DNA of 61,558 bases, filler included, from Choristocarpus tenellus KU-1152 (lineage: Eukaryota; Protista; Phaeophyceae): the NCBI GenBank assembly GCA_964200185.2. It is 11 parts of 11 records of this genome, joined end to end, with 100 filler letters (N's around TTAATTAATTAA, not from the genome) between each part and the next. Parts side by side here need not be neighbours in the genome. Positions count along the whole stretch, not along the records: positions 1 to 6,202 come from CAXNAD020008694.1; positions 6,303 to 8,816 come from CAXNAD020027173.1; positions 8,917 to 13,147 come from CAXNAD020015569.1; 8 more parts are not named here. The stretch is one strand, 5' to 3'. Positions 1 to 12,767 of the stretch are shown here, piece by piece (position 1 is the stretch's first letter; every line of letters begins with the position of its first letter). Below the pieces are notes generated by a model. That model saw only the letters and a list, made by a program, of their open reading frames with translations, had not been told where the DNA came from and did not search any database. The translations under genes and the position numbers were made by a program.

Positions 1-373
1 CCCCCCCCCGATACTTTGGGTCAATCAGCAAGGAGGAGCACAAATAAACGCGTAGATGTCAAAGTGTAGAATTGAGGTAGACAATTTGCACTTGAATGCT
101 CAACCTATTCTATGTTGGATGAGTTGTACATGCTGTTCGCAAGATGTACCAGTACAAAAGATTAGGCTGAGGTTGAATGGCATAAAACACCTCAAGTGTC
201 AATGAATTGCAAGATCTCTGCACAAGCTTGAGAAGAAAGACAGGGTATTGTCGACTTGACCTCTTCACAAACACTCCTTGAATGCTCACATCCCTCAAAT
301 GCTCACATCCACATCTTCTTGACTCTTAGCACATGGGCAAAAGTTGCCGCCACGAAACAAGGACACTTCCTAC

Positions 374-1372
374 CTGATAGGCGCTCTCCTCATTCCTCTT
401 CTCAACAAGCTTCAGCCATGACTCCCTGTCACCCCTTGCCAGCGTCCCATATACCTTCATTGCACTCTCTACTTCCCCTCGTACTGCCTCAAGTTTGGAC
501 TGCATCTCCACTTCCTCCAATGCCCTTTTGGGGTTCCCAAGCACGAGAGCATCAAAGTTTTCGGTTTTCCCCGCAGTTGCCTTGCTCCCCCCACCATTTT
601 GACCTACATCACCCTTTCCTTGCACAGTAGGCGTCATGCCGACTCCTGCCTTAACTCCAGCCCCTGCCCCTATAAAACCGTGTGGTGAACCACTAACATC
701 AGAACTAGTGGTCACTGCAGCCGCAGCTGCTTTGGCACGGTAGAGCGAACGGCCTAGGACAATCGGGAGGGAACCCAGCCCTTTGTTTTCTGACTGGTCC
801 TCGTCAAGAATTGACAGTAAGATGTAGCAAGACAATGTTGAGGCAGGAGTGGGGAGGCAAATTAAAGGTTTAGAAGTGTTATGAGTGTACAGATACAACG
901 ATACCAAAGAAGTATTGAATGCTTAAGCTCTCTTTCGTTTTCCTTAAAGATCACAAGGCGTATATGAAAGAGACAACCTAATTTGTGAGGCACATTTCAA
1001 GTACTTCGAAGTGTCTTTTGTACCCATAACCTCAAACCATACTTATGCTAGTTCTAAGTGTGATTCCCACATAGCCTTGTACACACAGGATTCCCCCAAC
1101 ACTCCTACACACCCACCCGGTCGAGTTTAACATAAGTATCCCTGGGATGCTTGCTGGACATTGATTTTCATGAGTCGTGAACATGAGACTCAGTCAGGCC
1201 AACCGGCAAAAAAATGTGATATACACTTAGTTCATTGCATGGCTTTTTCCATCAGCAAACCTTCAGAGATTCTCGGTATTGCTTTGCTCTCTCCCGGATC
1301 ACTGCAAGCTCCTTAGCAACCCTAAGGCTCTGTGCCTCTGCAGCCTTCTTTGCCATTGATGCCTTGCGATAC
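374..1372 (-). CDS. Exons of an unidentified multi-exon protein (partial; probably extends further through contig 1)
   Basis: Protein-like exon DEDQSENKG...KRNEESAYQ ending at a GT donor near 374; exon RYRKASMAKKAAEAQSLRVAKELAVIRESKAIPRISE near 1261-1372 bounded by AG/GT. No family motif recognised. Confidence 0.45.
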
Positions 1373-1548
1373 CTGGCACAATCAAAACAGGGTATGCAGA
1401 CCAGGGGCAAGATGTGAGGAAAGAGGTACGGCTTGTGATTAAATGCAACTCGTTTTCATGTGTGTCTACACAGGTACATGGCACCTTCCTGAGTTTGAAC
1501 TGTAGAGTGTCCCAAATTGGATGGTACATTTTTGTGTGCCTTGTGTTT

Positions 1549-1806
1549 GAGTCAAAGTATCTTAGAGGGTAGAGCCGCGTCCGTTTGGGGACCAAAATCC
1601 AATGTAGAGATTTTAATGCAATTTTGGCTACGTGTTTGTTAGGATGAGTCAATATCCTTGTTCCGGACACACCTTTTCATAATGTATGCATTTTACCCAC
1701 TCCAAAACATTTCAGAGTAGGTAACCTGTCATAAAAAACCCATGGAAAACCAAGCTCCAAATGGACAAACAGGGAAAAATTCGTGCCCTCTAATATACTT
1801 TCACTC
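1549..1806. mobile_element. MITE type A, complete (258 bp)
   Basis: TIRs GAGTCAAAGTATCTTAGAGGG / CCCTCTAATATACTTTCACTC; TTT on both flanks; internal palindrome; homologous copies at 4190, 5977, 8646 and 26358. Confidence 0.85.
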
Positions 1807-2538
1807 TTTGTATAATATGGATGTGTGCATAGGGACAGAAAAACTTACGCCAAAACCAGCAGAGTTTGTGAAGTAGGTTAGACCTAAACCTAACAACCAA
1901 ACTAATTGAATTGGCACTATCCCTAGGATCACTGAAGGGGTAAGAGCCGAGATCATAACCTTTTCTGTGGAGAGGGCCATATTTTTGGATTTTAGACTGA
2001 GGAGTAGGGCAGGCGTGGGAATCCTACCCATAATTTTATGCAAATTAGGAAAGGTGAAAAAGATAAGCGATCCCTCCTCTTTTGTTAGAGAATAATTTTC
2101 CCATTATTCTATCACAGCTGCCTGCAGGCCAAACATACTCTATCACAATGGAAGATCATCTGGAAAACGCTTCCCATTTAGTCCCCCCCCAAACTTCAGT
2201 CCGTAAACTTTCTCCAGTTGTTGTCTATTGTTCCCTTTATTGCTGCTAGTATCCTCATCACTGGTTGTATATTCAATGTGTGTTAATATTCTGCTCCTCA
2301 TCCAAGATGCTCCAGCCCCTATCCCATGCACACAAATATAAGCAAGCACATCATGCAGCACACATCGTGGGGAACACTCCCCAATCCACACAACACCAAA
2401 CTGTGCCCTATTGCACCAGTTACAAGGATATATATGCCGAGGAACAATTGTTCGTGTTGAATGCTCTACAGCCTTACTGGGGAAACTCATATGTTGACAT
2501 GTTTATGTAGCTGTTAACGAGGCAGTCGAAATACTATG

Positions 2539-2798
2539 GAGTCAAAGTAAACGAGAGCTAAGCAGAGTTGCATTTTAAGTGTGATGGCAAATGTGTGCAA
2601 AATTTGGCTTTTTAAAAAATGAGTACAGAATATTTTCCAAATTGTGTCAATCATTTTCAAACAATAGAGAGAAATCAACCGACTCAAGTCAAACCTAGTA
2701 CTTCATCCACAGAAATATTGGTGAATTTCAAAAGATCGAAAAACTGACTTCGAGTGAAAAACCGACAAAAACTGTGTACCTCTCTTTTACTTTGGCTC
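2539..2798. mobile_element. MITE type C (260 bp), same terminal motif as types A and B but unrelated interior
   Basis: TIRs GAGTCAAAGTAAACGAGAG / CTCTCTTTTACTTTGGCTC; ATG duplicated on both flanks (2536-2538, 2799-2801). Confidence 0.75.
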
Positions 2799-4189
2799 AT
2801 GATAGCAAAGGATAGTATAAGTATAAGACTTGTGATCGAACAAAGTAGGAACTTTTTCGAATGATAAAGTTTCAGAAAAGCATTCCTGAAAGGGGAACGT
2901 TCTTGAATCAGGCACTTGGTTCTAGCTTTCTCATATGGTAAGATCTAGAAGTCTGAGAGAAGTGGAGGTCGGGCCCCACCTAGATCACTTCCATTCTTGA
3001 CCAAGAAATCCATTCCTACGTAAGAAATACTATTGCAGGAGTGGTATCTGTGTGGGCGAATGGGGGAATAATAATACTTCAATGCATTAGACTAAGCATC
3101 AACAATCTTCTAGGACACGCCTGAGATGCAAGAGTTAATCTCAAATCTCAAATATCAAAACTCAAACCGTCAAAGGAGGAGGTTGTGCCAGTGGATAACA
3201 ATGAGAGCATCAACAAAAATTACCTCTCATGTCCTCCCCTCATTCCTATCCGTAGCTCCCCCCTCCTTGTCTTGCGCAGGTGCTGTGCCGCTTTCTCACC
3301 CTCATTCAAATCTCTATTACCATGAAATTGTTTCCTTAGCATATCTGCGTGCTCCTCATCTTCATACATTGTGAAAGGATGGTCCAAGGGGAGACTCAGA
3401 GAAGAAGAGAAGTAGGGAACTCGGGGTGTGCAGGCGTTAGCGCTGTTGGAAAGGGGGAGGGTGATGGACCGGTTGAGGCTGGGGGATGTGTGTTGGGTGC
3501 GAATTTTGTTTTGTTTGTCTCACATGTACCGAATAGCAAGAGAAGTGTGGCAATAACTGTATTTTGAGATTCTTGTGTGAATGGGGAACAAGAGGCTATT
3601 GTCATTTCAAAAAGGCCTACTCCTTTCCTTCTCTACTTCTTCCTCCTTTAGGGATAGGGAGAGACAAGAATCATAGACACAGAGCTGAACTATCTGACCT
3701 CCATTCCAAACGTGGTTATTATGGGTGCAATAGTGTTTGCCCCAAGAATATTTGTAAATGGTGATGGAGGAAAATGCAAGATGATAGAAGTTGAAACATT
3801 GGGAAGAGCCGTTGAAAACAGGATCAACAAAACAAGCCAGCTGGTGAGAAACAATGTAATGGTGGCCAGCTGTGAGGTAGTGAAAGAGAGACATAGGGAA
3901 AAAGCTGGTGTTGAAAACGTGGATGCAAGGTTGTGTGAAACAAAGTCTTGTGGGTGGGACAATCACAATGTCAATCCAATTTATCTGGTGGAAATCGAAA
4001 AACCCTTCAGACATAGAGAGGTTCTAACAGATAAACTTCGTGTCCTCAGATTGGGACCCCAACTGTCAGGACACAGTAAAGGAAGTATTGAGCGCAACTT
4101 GCCCCAAGTGGTGATGTCAGTTGTTAGGCGCATGGATTCTGTAACCTCATAGTACTGGAAACACACAAATAGGATTGCCTTTACCACAA

Positions 4190-4460
4190 AAAAAAAAATC
4201 TTAGAGGGTATGAGTTTTGTGCTGTTTGTTCGTTTGGGGCTTGGCCATGGGTTTTTTTAAATAACATTTCCTACTCCGAAATGTTACCTACTCCGAAACA
4301 CTTCGGAGTAGGTAAGATGTGTACATTATGAAAAGATGTGTTCGGAACAAGGATATTGACAATTCCTAACAAACACGATAGCCAAAATCACATCAAAATC
4401 GCAACATTGGATTTTGGTCCCCAAACGGACACGGCTCTTCCCTTTAAGATACTGTGACTC
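4190..4460. mobile_element. MITE type A, inverted relative to the 1549 copy, left end decayed
   Basis: ATCTTAGAGGGTA ... TAAGATACTGTGACTC; interior is the reverse complement of the 1549-1806 copy. Confidence 0.8.
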
Positions 4461-5976
4461 ATTTGGAACTGATGCATGGTATGCAGGCTCACTATAAAGC
4501 CAGATATTCGTACATCACCAGCACTAGTGCAGTACATCCACAGAGTTCTTCTGGTAATGCGGTTGTGGTAATCAGCAGGTCGGTGAGAGCATAGCCGGAT
4601 TGCGAAGAAGATGGGATAGCTGAGTGCATTAGACTCTAGTTCCTATATGAAGATAGATTTCCCACGGAATGCGATAATTCAAACATATCTAGAGATATTT
4701 ATTGGTGGTGCCTCCTTTGCAGCACAGAGAGGGTTTTGTTCTCAGCTGGTGCCATGGCTATACAAGGATAGCGAAGTGGACCCTCACTACTCTGGTACGA
4801 TTAGTCCCAAGGTTTTGAGCTCAGTCTACAAGCTCATAAGATGTAGACCTTCTGGAATAATCAAAGAGCAATTGCTTGCCAGGATATGCTCAGAGAAGTG
4901 AATTTTCCTCAGTGCACCATCAGGCATATGGCAGCAATCTTCCACTACATTAAGCACGACCAAAGTGTTGGGAAAGCACCGACCACATCATGGCTGGATA
5001 AAGGCTGCAAGTCCAATCCGAACCCTAATGTTGACACACCGTTTCTATCCAAGTTAGGCGTGTCTGACCAGTACAACCCTAAACATATGTCATAAAGGTT
5101 ATCATGTGATACCCTAGACCCTTGTCATAAAAGAAATCTTCATTGACGGGAGGCATCAGTGTGTTAGAAGGTGATGAATGAATCTCTCGCTAAAAATGGG
5201 GCCGAATGAAGCTTTCAACACCGATACTCCGTAAACTACAGCCGTCTCATGACCAAACAAGATTGAATGGATTCAGTTGTGAGAGAAGTAGAGGGTTTGT
5301 GTGTACTCGACTTGCTAAACAAAGAGCTGTACGAAAATCAAAGTGCCAGCGTAGGGATGACAGATTTCCTTGCGAAAAGCTGACCCTGCTTGACTTTTGG
5401 ATTGCGATAACCTGTCAACCACAGCCCTATCACAGAGCCAAACTCTAGGAAAAGTCCTTGTTGATGATGCTGGTAGTATTCCGCGAAACAACAGCTATTT
5501 TTTTACATTCTTTCCTTAAAACTCCTGTGACTACCTATCCCTTCCATCACCACCAAAACTGTCTGGAAGATCAGGACAGATCCCCACGGCTGCTGGTGCC
5601 TGTATACCAAAACACAAACAGGTTCTCAAGCAAGGTTTCCCCATGAGGGGCAGATGGAACAGATGGTATTCTTGGATCGGGTTGTATTTGTTGTATCGAG
5701 GAGGCACAAACAATCCTCAAACCCTCAAGCAACCTTCATCAAGCGCCTTACTCACCATCCTGACCTCTCCAAGAGTGGATGTTAAGGTGCAGTGCTCCTG
5801 CGAGTGGGCTATATATGGTCTAAATGCTATGCTAGCCCCCCTGAGGTTCTCAATATACGACTTACAAGATGGAAAATCATGTCATCAATCTGTCGCATAC
5901 AATTGTTCTCCGTTCATGTTCCACAATGTATATATATGTATGATGTGGAAATATGTATATCAACCTTGTAGTAGGT

Positions 5977-6202
5977 AAGTCAAAGTATCTTAGAGGGTAC
6001 AGTCGGGTCCATTTGGGAACCAAACTCCAATATTGCAATTTTGATGTTATTTTGGCCATCATGTTTGTTAGGAGATGTCAATATCCTTGTTCTGGACACT
6101 CCATTTCACAGCGTATACATTTTACCTACTAAAAACATTTTGGAGTAGATAAAATGTCATTAAGAACGGGGTAGGGGCCAAGCGCGGAGTGGACAGAGAG
6201 GG
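5977..6202. mobile_element. MITE type A truncated by contig end
   Basis: AAGTCAAAGTATCTTAGAGGGTA start; interior matches 1549-1806. Confidence 0.8.
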
Positions 6203-6302
6203 NNNNNNNNNNNNNNNNNNNNNNNNNNNNNNNNNNNNNNNNNNNNTTAATTAATTAANNNNNNNNNNNNNNNNNNNNNNNNNNNNNNNNNNNNNNNNNN
6301 NN
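6203..6302. other. Artificial contig spacer (44N-TTAATTAATTAA-44N); identical spacers at 8817-8916, 13148-13247, 16760-16859, 23873-23972, 29559-29658, 33012-33111, 35709-35808, 44066-44165, 56877-56976
   Basis: Ten exact 100-nt copies; the 12-mer puts stop codons in all six frames, typical of concatenated unplaced contigs. Confidence 0.97.
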
Positions 6303-6381
6303 TGAATGCACTTTTCCTTACTTTGGCCCAAATGGACACCCTGGTGGAGCCCCCCCCCTCCCCCCCCAGATACTTTGGGTC
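6303..6381. mobile_element. MITE type B end fragment (similar contig-end fragments at 1-22, 13248-13318, 16659-16759, 23844-23872, 29659-29680)
   Basis: CCAAATGGACACCCTGGTG-poly C-AGATACTTTGGGTC matches the end of complete type B copies. Confidence 0.75.
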
Positions 6382-6809
6382 AATACCAGTTGGGAAAAAA
6401 GAAAGGTAGAATCTATATGTAACTTTAATAGCTTTGTTCTCCATATCACTACTTCAGAGCAAGTGATGATACACAATACTATTTCTCTGAGCCTCCACAG
6501 GTTTCTGAAGAGATGCTGCAATGACTCCAAGGTTCATATCAATACACTTCTCAAATTCCTCCCCACTATGGCAAACTTCACAAACAGAGTTCGAGGAACA
6601 GGGTACTCACCATAACATGGCACATAATGAATGTGAAATTTAAGTTGTCACACAATGAGTTTATACAGTGCGGTGGAATTTATTGTTCTAGTCCTTGCAA
6701 TACTTTTCACAAAGGATGCCGACCAATGTCTGTGGCAGGATCACCCTAATTCACAATTAGTTTCAGGCTCGAATTGTTCCCTCAATGACTCTCACACTGC
6801 TGGTGTACA

Positions 6810-6852
<43 letters not shown>

Positions 6853-6859
6853 GGTGTGT

Positions 6860-8062
6860 TGGGTGCGATGAGGGAGCAGAAGAATGCGAATCCCTTAGGC
6901 AGAAACTCTATGAGTTAAGGAGCATGGCTCCCATTGCAGTCAACATGAGTGGCAATGGTGATGAGAACGTCAGTGGAGATGCCACTAACCAGGTACCCAG
7001 TGAGAGGAAGGGAAGAGGAGAGGTCAAGACAGCACCAAATCCAGGGCCACCAGTATGTGGGCAAGATCTGCAAAAAATCAAGGCTCTGGAGAAGAGAGTC
7101 AAGGAGGATGGCACCAAGGTCAGCCACAGTTTCCATACTACTTCGATCTGAAATTACTATACAAACCAATCAATACCTGAAGCTTCTTGAGCACCCCAAA
7201 ACTGCCAGAAGGTACCCATGGCCAACTACAACGCGGCAATCCCTCCTCTTCCTAATGCCCCCATCGGTCTTATTGAATGGCAAATGCCGTGGCAAATAAA
7301 GCTTCGGAAGCTAGAGGCTCAGCTCCTTAAAGCTGAGGACGCATTGGCTCAAGCAAAGACAGGATCCGGGGGGGCAGGAAGTGGTGCTGACACCAAAGCA
7401 TTGGAAAGGCAAACCCTCACCATAGAAAAGAAGTTCAAGAAGACACTTGAGGACTCTGAGAAGAAGAGCCAGGCAAGACATCAAGGAAAACACCATTCCT
7501 GTTTATTTGAGAATCTTTCAAGTCGGGACTGGTCAAGAGACAATAAAGTGTTTGTATTTGACTTTAGAATGGTAACAACAATCTGGAGTAGCTTACAAGT
7601 GCAATTCAAGCTCCTATACCTAAATTGATGGGCTCTTGGGCACTGAGAAGATAAGTAAATTTCTGTTGTAGTTCATCTTCTGGGAGAACTACGTGCACGC
7701 TTCCACTTCAATTATGTGCCACCAGAGGAGATGTGTTCAGGGATAGACTATGGAAAAAATTCTTGTTTATTACTAAGTACCTCAGTCATATCAAATCGTC
7801 AACTATTGCCTCCATCCCTGAGTAACTACTTAGTACAGTTAGCCATTCCACGCTCTGAAAAACTGGAACAACTGAACTCCGCCCTACCCCCTATATACCC
7901 GTCATACGCCACCCAACAACTCTCAATACCCAACACCTGTGCACAATATAGCGTGAGATCACAAAACTATCCAATCAGCTTAGCAAGGCCAGTGCAGAAC
8001 TTGAGGCACGCCAACACGAAATTGAAGGTGTCACTAAAGAGAAGGATGACCTCAAGCAGAAG
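6860..8062 (+). CDS. Coiled-coil protein, internal exons ~6860-7118, 7302-7472, 7979-8062 (partial)
   Basis: In-phase exons ...LQKIKALEKRVKEDGTK / LRKLEAQLLKAEDALAQAK...KKTLEDSEKKSQ / LSKASAELEARQHEIEGVTKEKDDLKQK, with heptad-like K/E/L/A composition. Family not identified. Confidence 0.6.
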
Positions 8063-8240
8063 GTGGGCCACGATGATATTCCATCACCACACTCTTTTGT
8101 CCAGATGCCATTCATCACTACCCTCTGGAGGATGAAGAATGAGGAAAAGAGGGAGATATTTACAGTAGTAAACGTTCTTAGTGAAAGGATCATACTGCCC
8201 ACAGGTAACGGAATGGTTAGAGTTAAGGTGATGTTTAGGT

Positions 8241-8417
8241 GGTTCAAAGTATCTGGGGGGGGAGTGGCGGCTGTCCATTTGGTGTCAATTTTTCATGTCG
8301 AGATTTTTGGGTGATTTGGTTGTATAGGTCGGATGGATAATGCAAGTGCACTTTCCCTGATTTTGGTCCAAATGGACACCCTGGTGTAGACCTTCCCCCC
8401 CCAAGGTAATTTGGGTC
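8241..8417. mobile_element. MITE type B, complete (177 bp), with G/C-tract subtermini
   Basis: GGTTCAAAGTATCTGGGGGGG ... CCCCCCCCAAGGTAATTTGGGTC; AGGT duplicated at 8237-8240 and 8418-8421. Confidence 0.85.
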
Positions 8418-8645
8418 AGGTGTAGGGTCAGGACAAGGGCAAGGGTCAGAGATGATGGTGAAAGTAAGAAAAACCCAGAAAGAGAGCAGAGTAAGGGTGG
8501 ACTAGTAGGCCATGGGGAGGAAAGAAGACACCATGATATATCTAGGTTTAACCCTGCCATGATGGCACTGTGGAGGTTGTAAGACTACAGCAAAGAATTA
8601 GTGCAGCGTATGGTGCCTCTGACAGTGGGTTGAGATATTTCCCAG

Positions 8646-8816
8646 GAGTGAAAGTATCTTAGAGGGTAAGAGTTTTGCCATGTTTGTCCATTTGGGGCTT
8701 GGCTTCCCACAGGTTTTTAATGACATTTTACCTACTCCAAAATGTTTTTGAGTAGATAAAATGCATGTTATGAAAAGGTGTGTCCGGAACAAGGATATTT
8801 ACATCTCCTAACAATC
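8646..8816. mobile_element. MITE type A truncated by contig end
   Basis: GAGTGAAAGTATCTTAGAGGGTA start; interior matches the 26358 copy. Confidence 0.8.
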
Positions 8817-9514
8817 NNNNNNNNNNNNNNNNNNNNNNNNNNNNNNNNNNNNNNNNNNNNTTAATTAATTAANNNNNNNNNNNNNNNNNNNNNNNNNNNN
8901 NNNNNNNNNNNNNNNNCCCCAGATCCGAACTGCTGGTGGTGGCTCCTCCACCTTAGTTGCGATAGTTGCATTCCTGTCCCACCTTAACATCTTTTCAAAT
9001 AGAGGCACACACACACAGAATAGAGTTCTTCTGGTGTTGGTAGATGTTAAGCGTTTTTATTTTTTTTGGTTCTTGAAAATAGAAGGGATTCGTGGTGGAA
9101 GAAGTGGGGTAGGTTTCGTGGTGTGCCTCCTCCTGTTGCCCGCTTTTGTTATATTTTTTGTTATTTATTGTTCTTTATTATTATATTTTATATTTGTGTT
9201 GTGTTGTGTGGGGTATATTGTCTGGGGGTGTACTCCTCGGAGTGCACCAGAGTTTTTCTCTTTTTTTTTTCATTTTTGTATCGTGTTTGATACGATACGA
9301 AGTGATATCATACGAAGTGAAACGATACAATATGATACGGTATGATAAATATGTATCTTGTCAATTGCGCTTGGAAATACTGTACTTGTGGTTGAGATAG
9401 TGCGTTTCAACCTGTCTTACATATGTAGTGATTGTTATTACTCCTCTGCCTGAATCGTGTTTTTGAAACTTTGTTGATGCTCAAGTAAAGTATACATTGC
9501 GCCTCACTAATACA

Positions 9515-9519
9515 TACAT

Positions 9520-9562
<43 letters not shown>
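9515..9562. repeat. (CAGA)n microsatellite; other simple repeats include (TG)n 6813-6849 and 10367-10410, poly-C 11186-11232, (CA)n 31425-31470, (TAGTA)-like 48040-48120
   Basis: Directly visible. Confidence 0.9.
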
Positions 9563-9886
9563 TACGGTAATTTCTGTCGTAAAATGCACCTCCATTGAGT
9601 TACATTAGCTCTTTGATTCTACAATCTTAAACTCTGCTGCCGGATATAACTCCTCTTTCATCGTCTCCTCTGGTCTACTGTTACCTCTACTGTTACCTCT
9701 ACTGTTACACGAATTGAAGAGAGTTCAAACCATTAATGAAAATTCTCTATACTGACTCCCATGTGTGTGTATGTTTATGTTTTGTTTATGTTTGTCTGTG
9801 TGCATTTCTACGTGCGTCTGTGCATATGTGCACGTAAATATTTTAATATGTGTATGTATATATATGTATATATATGCACACTGTAG

Positions 9887-10365
9887 ATTGGTGTGGTCCA
9901 TGAGTACAGGTCATCGCAGGGGCGGGTGATGCTATATTTTTATAACCTTGCTCAGGCGCGGCTAGAGGACTTCCGATCAGAGATGTCTCAGGTGAGAGAT
10001 CTTAGGGAGGAGTAGGAAAAGATTGAGGGGGGGGAGGGGAAATTGTTTCCGTCGGCCGTTGTCTGGTTTTTTATGCTGAGTGAGGCGTTTGTTTATCTGT
10101 TGACGAGTAAGGTTTGTTTTTAAATTAGTGGGTGTGTTGAGGCGTTCTTTACCTACATCTTGCCGTTAAATTTTTTTTTTTTAAATAAAGCATATTCTTA
10201 TTCAACATACAAAAATATATTTAAATATATATATATATATATATATATAATCACTTTTTTGTTTTAAAGGAATTGTGATGATACGAATAATCTCTTTTTT
10301 TCTTGTTTCTAATTTTTTTTGTTTCACAAAATTTAAATATAAAATATAAATCTAAAATGTAAGTA

Positions 10366-10414
<49 letters not shown>

Positions 10415-11185
10415 GTTGGCAATCAGTTTCCAGTGTTGAGGAGTCAGATGGAGGAAGCGCCGTCACTCCTTGAAGTTGGAGGTCAAGCAAAGCAACAACT
10501 AATGTGTGAGTGCTTGCAGGTGAGAAAAAAAAAATGATAATACAATACAATACAGTACAATTAATTGGAGGATTGCAAGGTTTTTTTACAGGTGATAAGG
10601 TTCGTATATACACACATAGTATGTACATAGTATGTACTGCGAGGATGTGGTGGTGTTATTCGTTGTGTTTTGTTATTTTTGTTTGAGTGTGTGTGTGCTT
10701 TTTTTTGTTTTTGTTTTTTTCAAAAGTGGAGATGATGTTTTTATTACTTTCTCACGCTAGGTCTTTTTTTTATTGTTGAAGGTGATACAGTGATTTTCTT
10801 TGTTTTTTATGGCACCATTGTACACACCTAGCTCAATACCTTACAGCTATTCCCGGAAAGGTCTGCGTCCTTGTTGTCCTTGTCTAGGTAGGTAGGTAGG
10901 TAGGTAGGTAGGTGGGCAGCACATTCTTTATGTTGAGAGTTTCATGGCTACAACAAGTGCAGTTGTTCAAAATAGCTGCTCTACTGTTGAATGATGTAAG
11001 AGTGGTATGAATCAGTCTGGCTTTATTGTTCAACCGAGTTCAGTGTATTCAGTGGTATTTAGTGGTATAAAGGTAAGCGTAGGGACAGGTTGCTTTGCAT
11101 ACATACAGAGGTAGTGTCTGATTGATATATTGACATATTGATATATTTTGGATGTTGTGATGATTTTGTCTTTCAGGGCTTGTCA

Positions 11186-11232
<47 letters not shown>

Positions 11233-12767
11233 ATTCCGTTCTACTGTTTCTTTTTTTTTTTTTTTCTTTTTTTTTCCTTTCATTTCTATTATTTTTTTTA
11301 TTTGGTTTGTGGCCCCCCCCCCCCCCCCCCCCCTCTTCCCGTATTATGTATTCAGTGTATAGTGTATGACTCTTTTTTTTTCACGTTCTGACTGTAACAT
11401 GCAAATGACTTATTATTATATAATTATTATTTGTTGTAGTGGATTATGGCGATGATTGGTGCAAAGGTTTCTGTTAGTGCTACTTCCAAAAAAAAATGTA
11501 TTAAAAAAAAAAGAATGATTTCTCTATTGTGGTCGGTGTTGTTTGTTTTTTTAATTGATTTTCAATGCAACAATTTTTTTTTAATGATTTTAGGGATGTG
11601 ATGACACGATTTTTATCTATTCTAAGTATACACTTTTTTTTTTTGGTAAAATAAAATTGAGAGAGGCTCAGGGCAGAGGTATAGATTAGTAGATGGCTTG
11701 CGTTTTGAGACAAGAGCTTGCATGCATCCCGCTGATGCACTGAGAGAGATCTTAAGCACACACACGCACGTCCAATTTTTTTTTTTATTGCCTCCGTTAT
11801 TGCAGTGGAAACCCTCTTTCTTCTCTTCCTTCTGTTGCAGCCTCTTGATAATAAAATAAATCAATCACTATTTTTTCATTATTTGTGGGAGGCGTTACCT
11901 CTCCTCTCTTTTACTTTTTTTTTTACTGATTTTTATTTTAAAAAATTGTCACAAGTGCGTACTTCCTGCCTGTTCTGACCCGGTCTGTCTCATAGATAAG
12001 GCTGCGTATCTTTCTGAGATATATATATATATATATATATATAATGTATGAATTGATTTGTTTTATCAGTTGACTAAGGGAATAGGGTCAGTACTCTTTT
12101 TTCAGTTTCTTTCAGTTTTTTTGTTCTGTATCTTCTTTTTTTTTATTGTTGCCATTCTTGTATATTTTAATTGTTCTATACTCTGTGTGTGTGAGTGATG
12201 ATGATGTCATAATGGCATGGAGGGTGGTGTAGATATGTAGATATCATCCGTCAATGCCTTCTAGGACTTCACCAACTCCTTCCCTCGGTCCCCCTTGCAC
12301 AACCCCCTGCTCCCTGGACCTTACAGCACTGGGTATTTCTCTGAGTCTGGAGATAGCCTCCAAATCCCTTGTCCATAACACAGTGCTGAGCCCCCTGGCC
12401 CTGCTGTTAAAACACTGATGGCACTCTGTAGCCACTCTGTAGCCATTTCCTGGTGCTATGCCTGTTCTCTCCCAGCCAAGTGGGGACTACTCCCTAGTTC
12501 TTACTATTGCATCATACCTGCAGTTATTATTATTATTATTATTATTATTAGCCCTGCTATTCTTCTACACTACTTATCACCCTGACCTTTCCCTTGCCCT
12601 GGTCATTTGACCCCCATGTCGCTCTGTGGCACTCTGTGGCAATCTGGATCCTTCAGCCTTTCCTGGATTCGCCAGACTTGACAGTTTCATTCAGTATTCA
12701 GGGACAGAGACACTCCTATTCGCTGAAGCTGCCCATTGCTGTAACGTGCTTTATGGAGCCAGTGCAG
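9887..12767 (+). CDS. AP2A: AP-2 complex subunit alpha (alpha-adaptin) appendage-domain exons 9887-9991, 10427-10519, 12657-12767 (partial)
   Basis: Three phase-0 AG/GT exons give IGVVHEYRSSQGRVMLYFYN... FPVLRSQMEEAPSLLEVGGQAKQQLMCECLQ PFLDSPDLTVSFSIQGQRHSYSLKLPIAVTCFMEPVQ, matching the alpha-adaptin ear pattern IGxKxE(Y/F)R..GRxxxFxGN ... QVQQxxxxEC ... KLPIxxxKFxxP. Confidence 0.75.

Noticed and set aside
3712-4152. 146-aa plus-strand ORF as a gene
   Set aside because: No recognisable motif, overlapping open frames on the other strand, and neighbouring exons point to a minus-strand gene.
6247-6258. Regularly recurring TTAATTAATTAA as a biological repeat or CRISPR-like array
   Set aside because: It is always centred in exactly 44+44 Ns, so it is an assembly linker.
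11049-11369. Poly-Pro and poly-Gly ORFs
   Set aside because: Products of C and T homopolymers in a low-quality intronic stretch.
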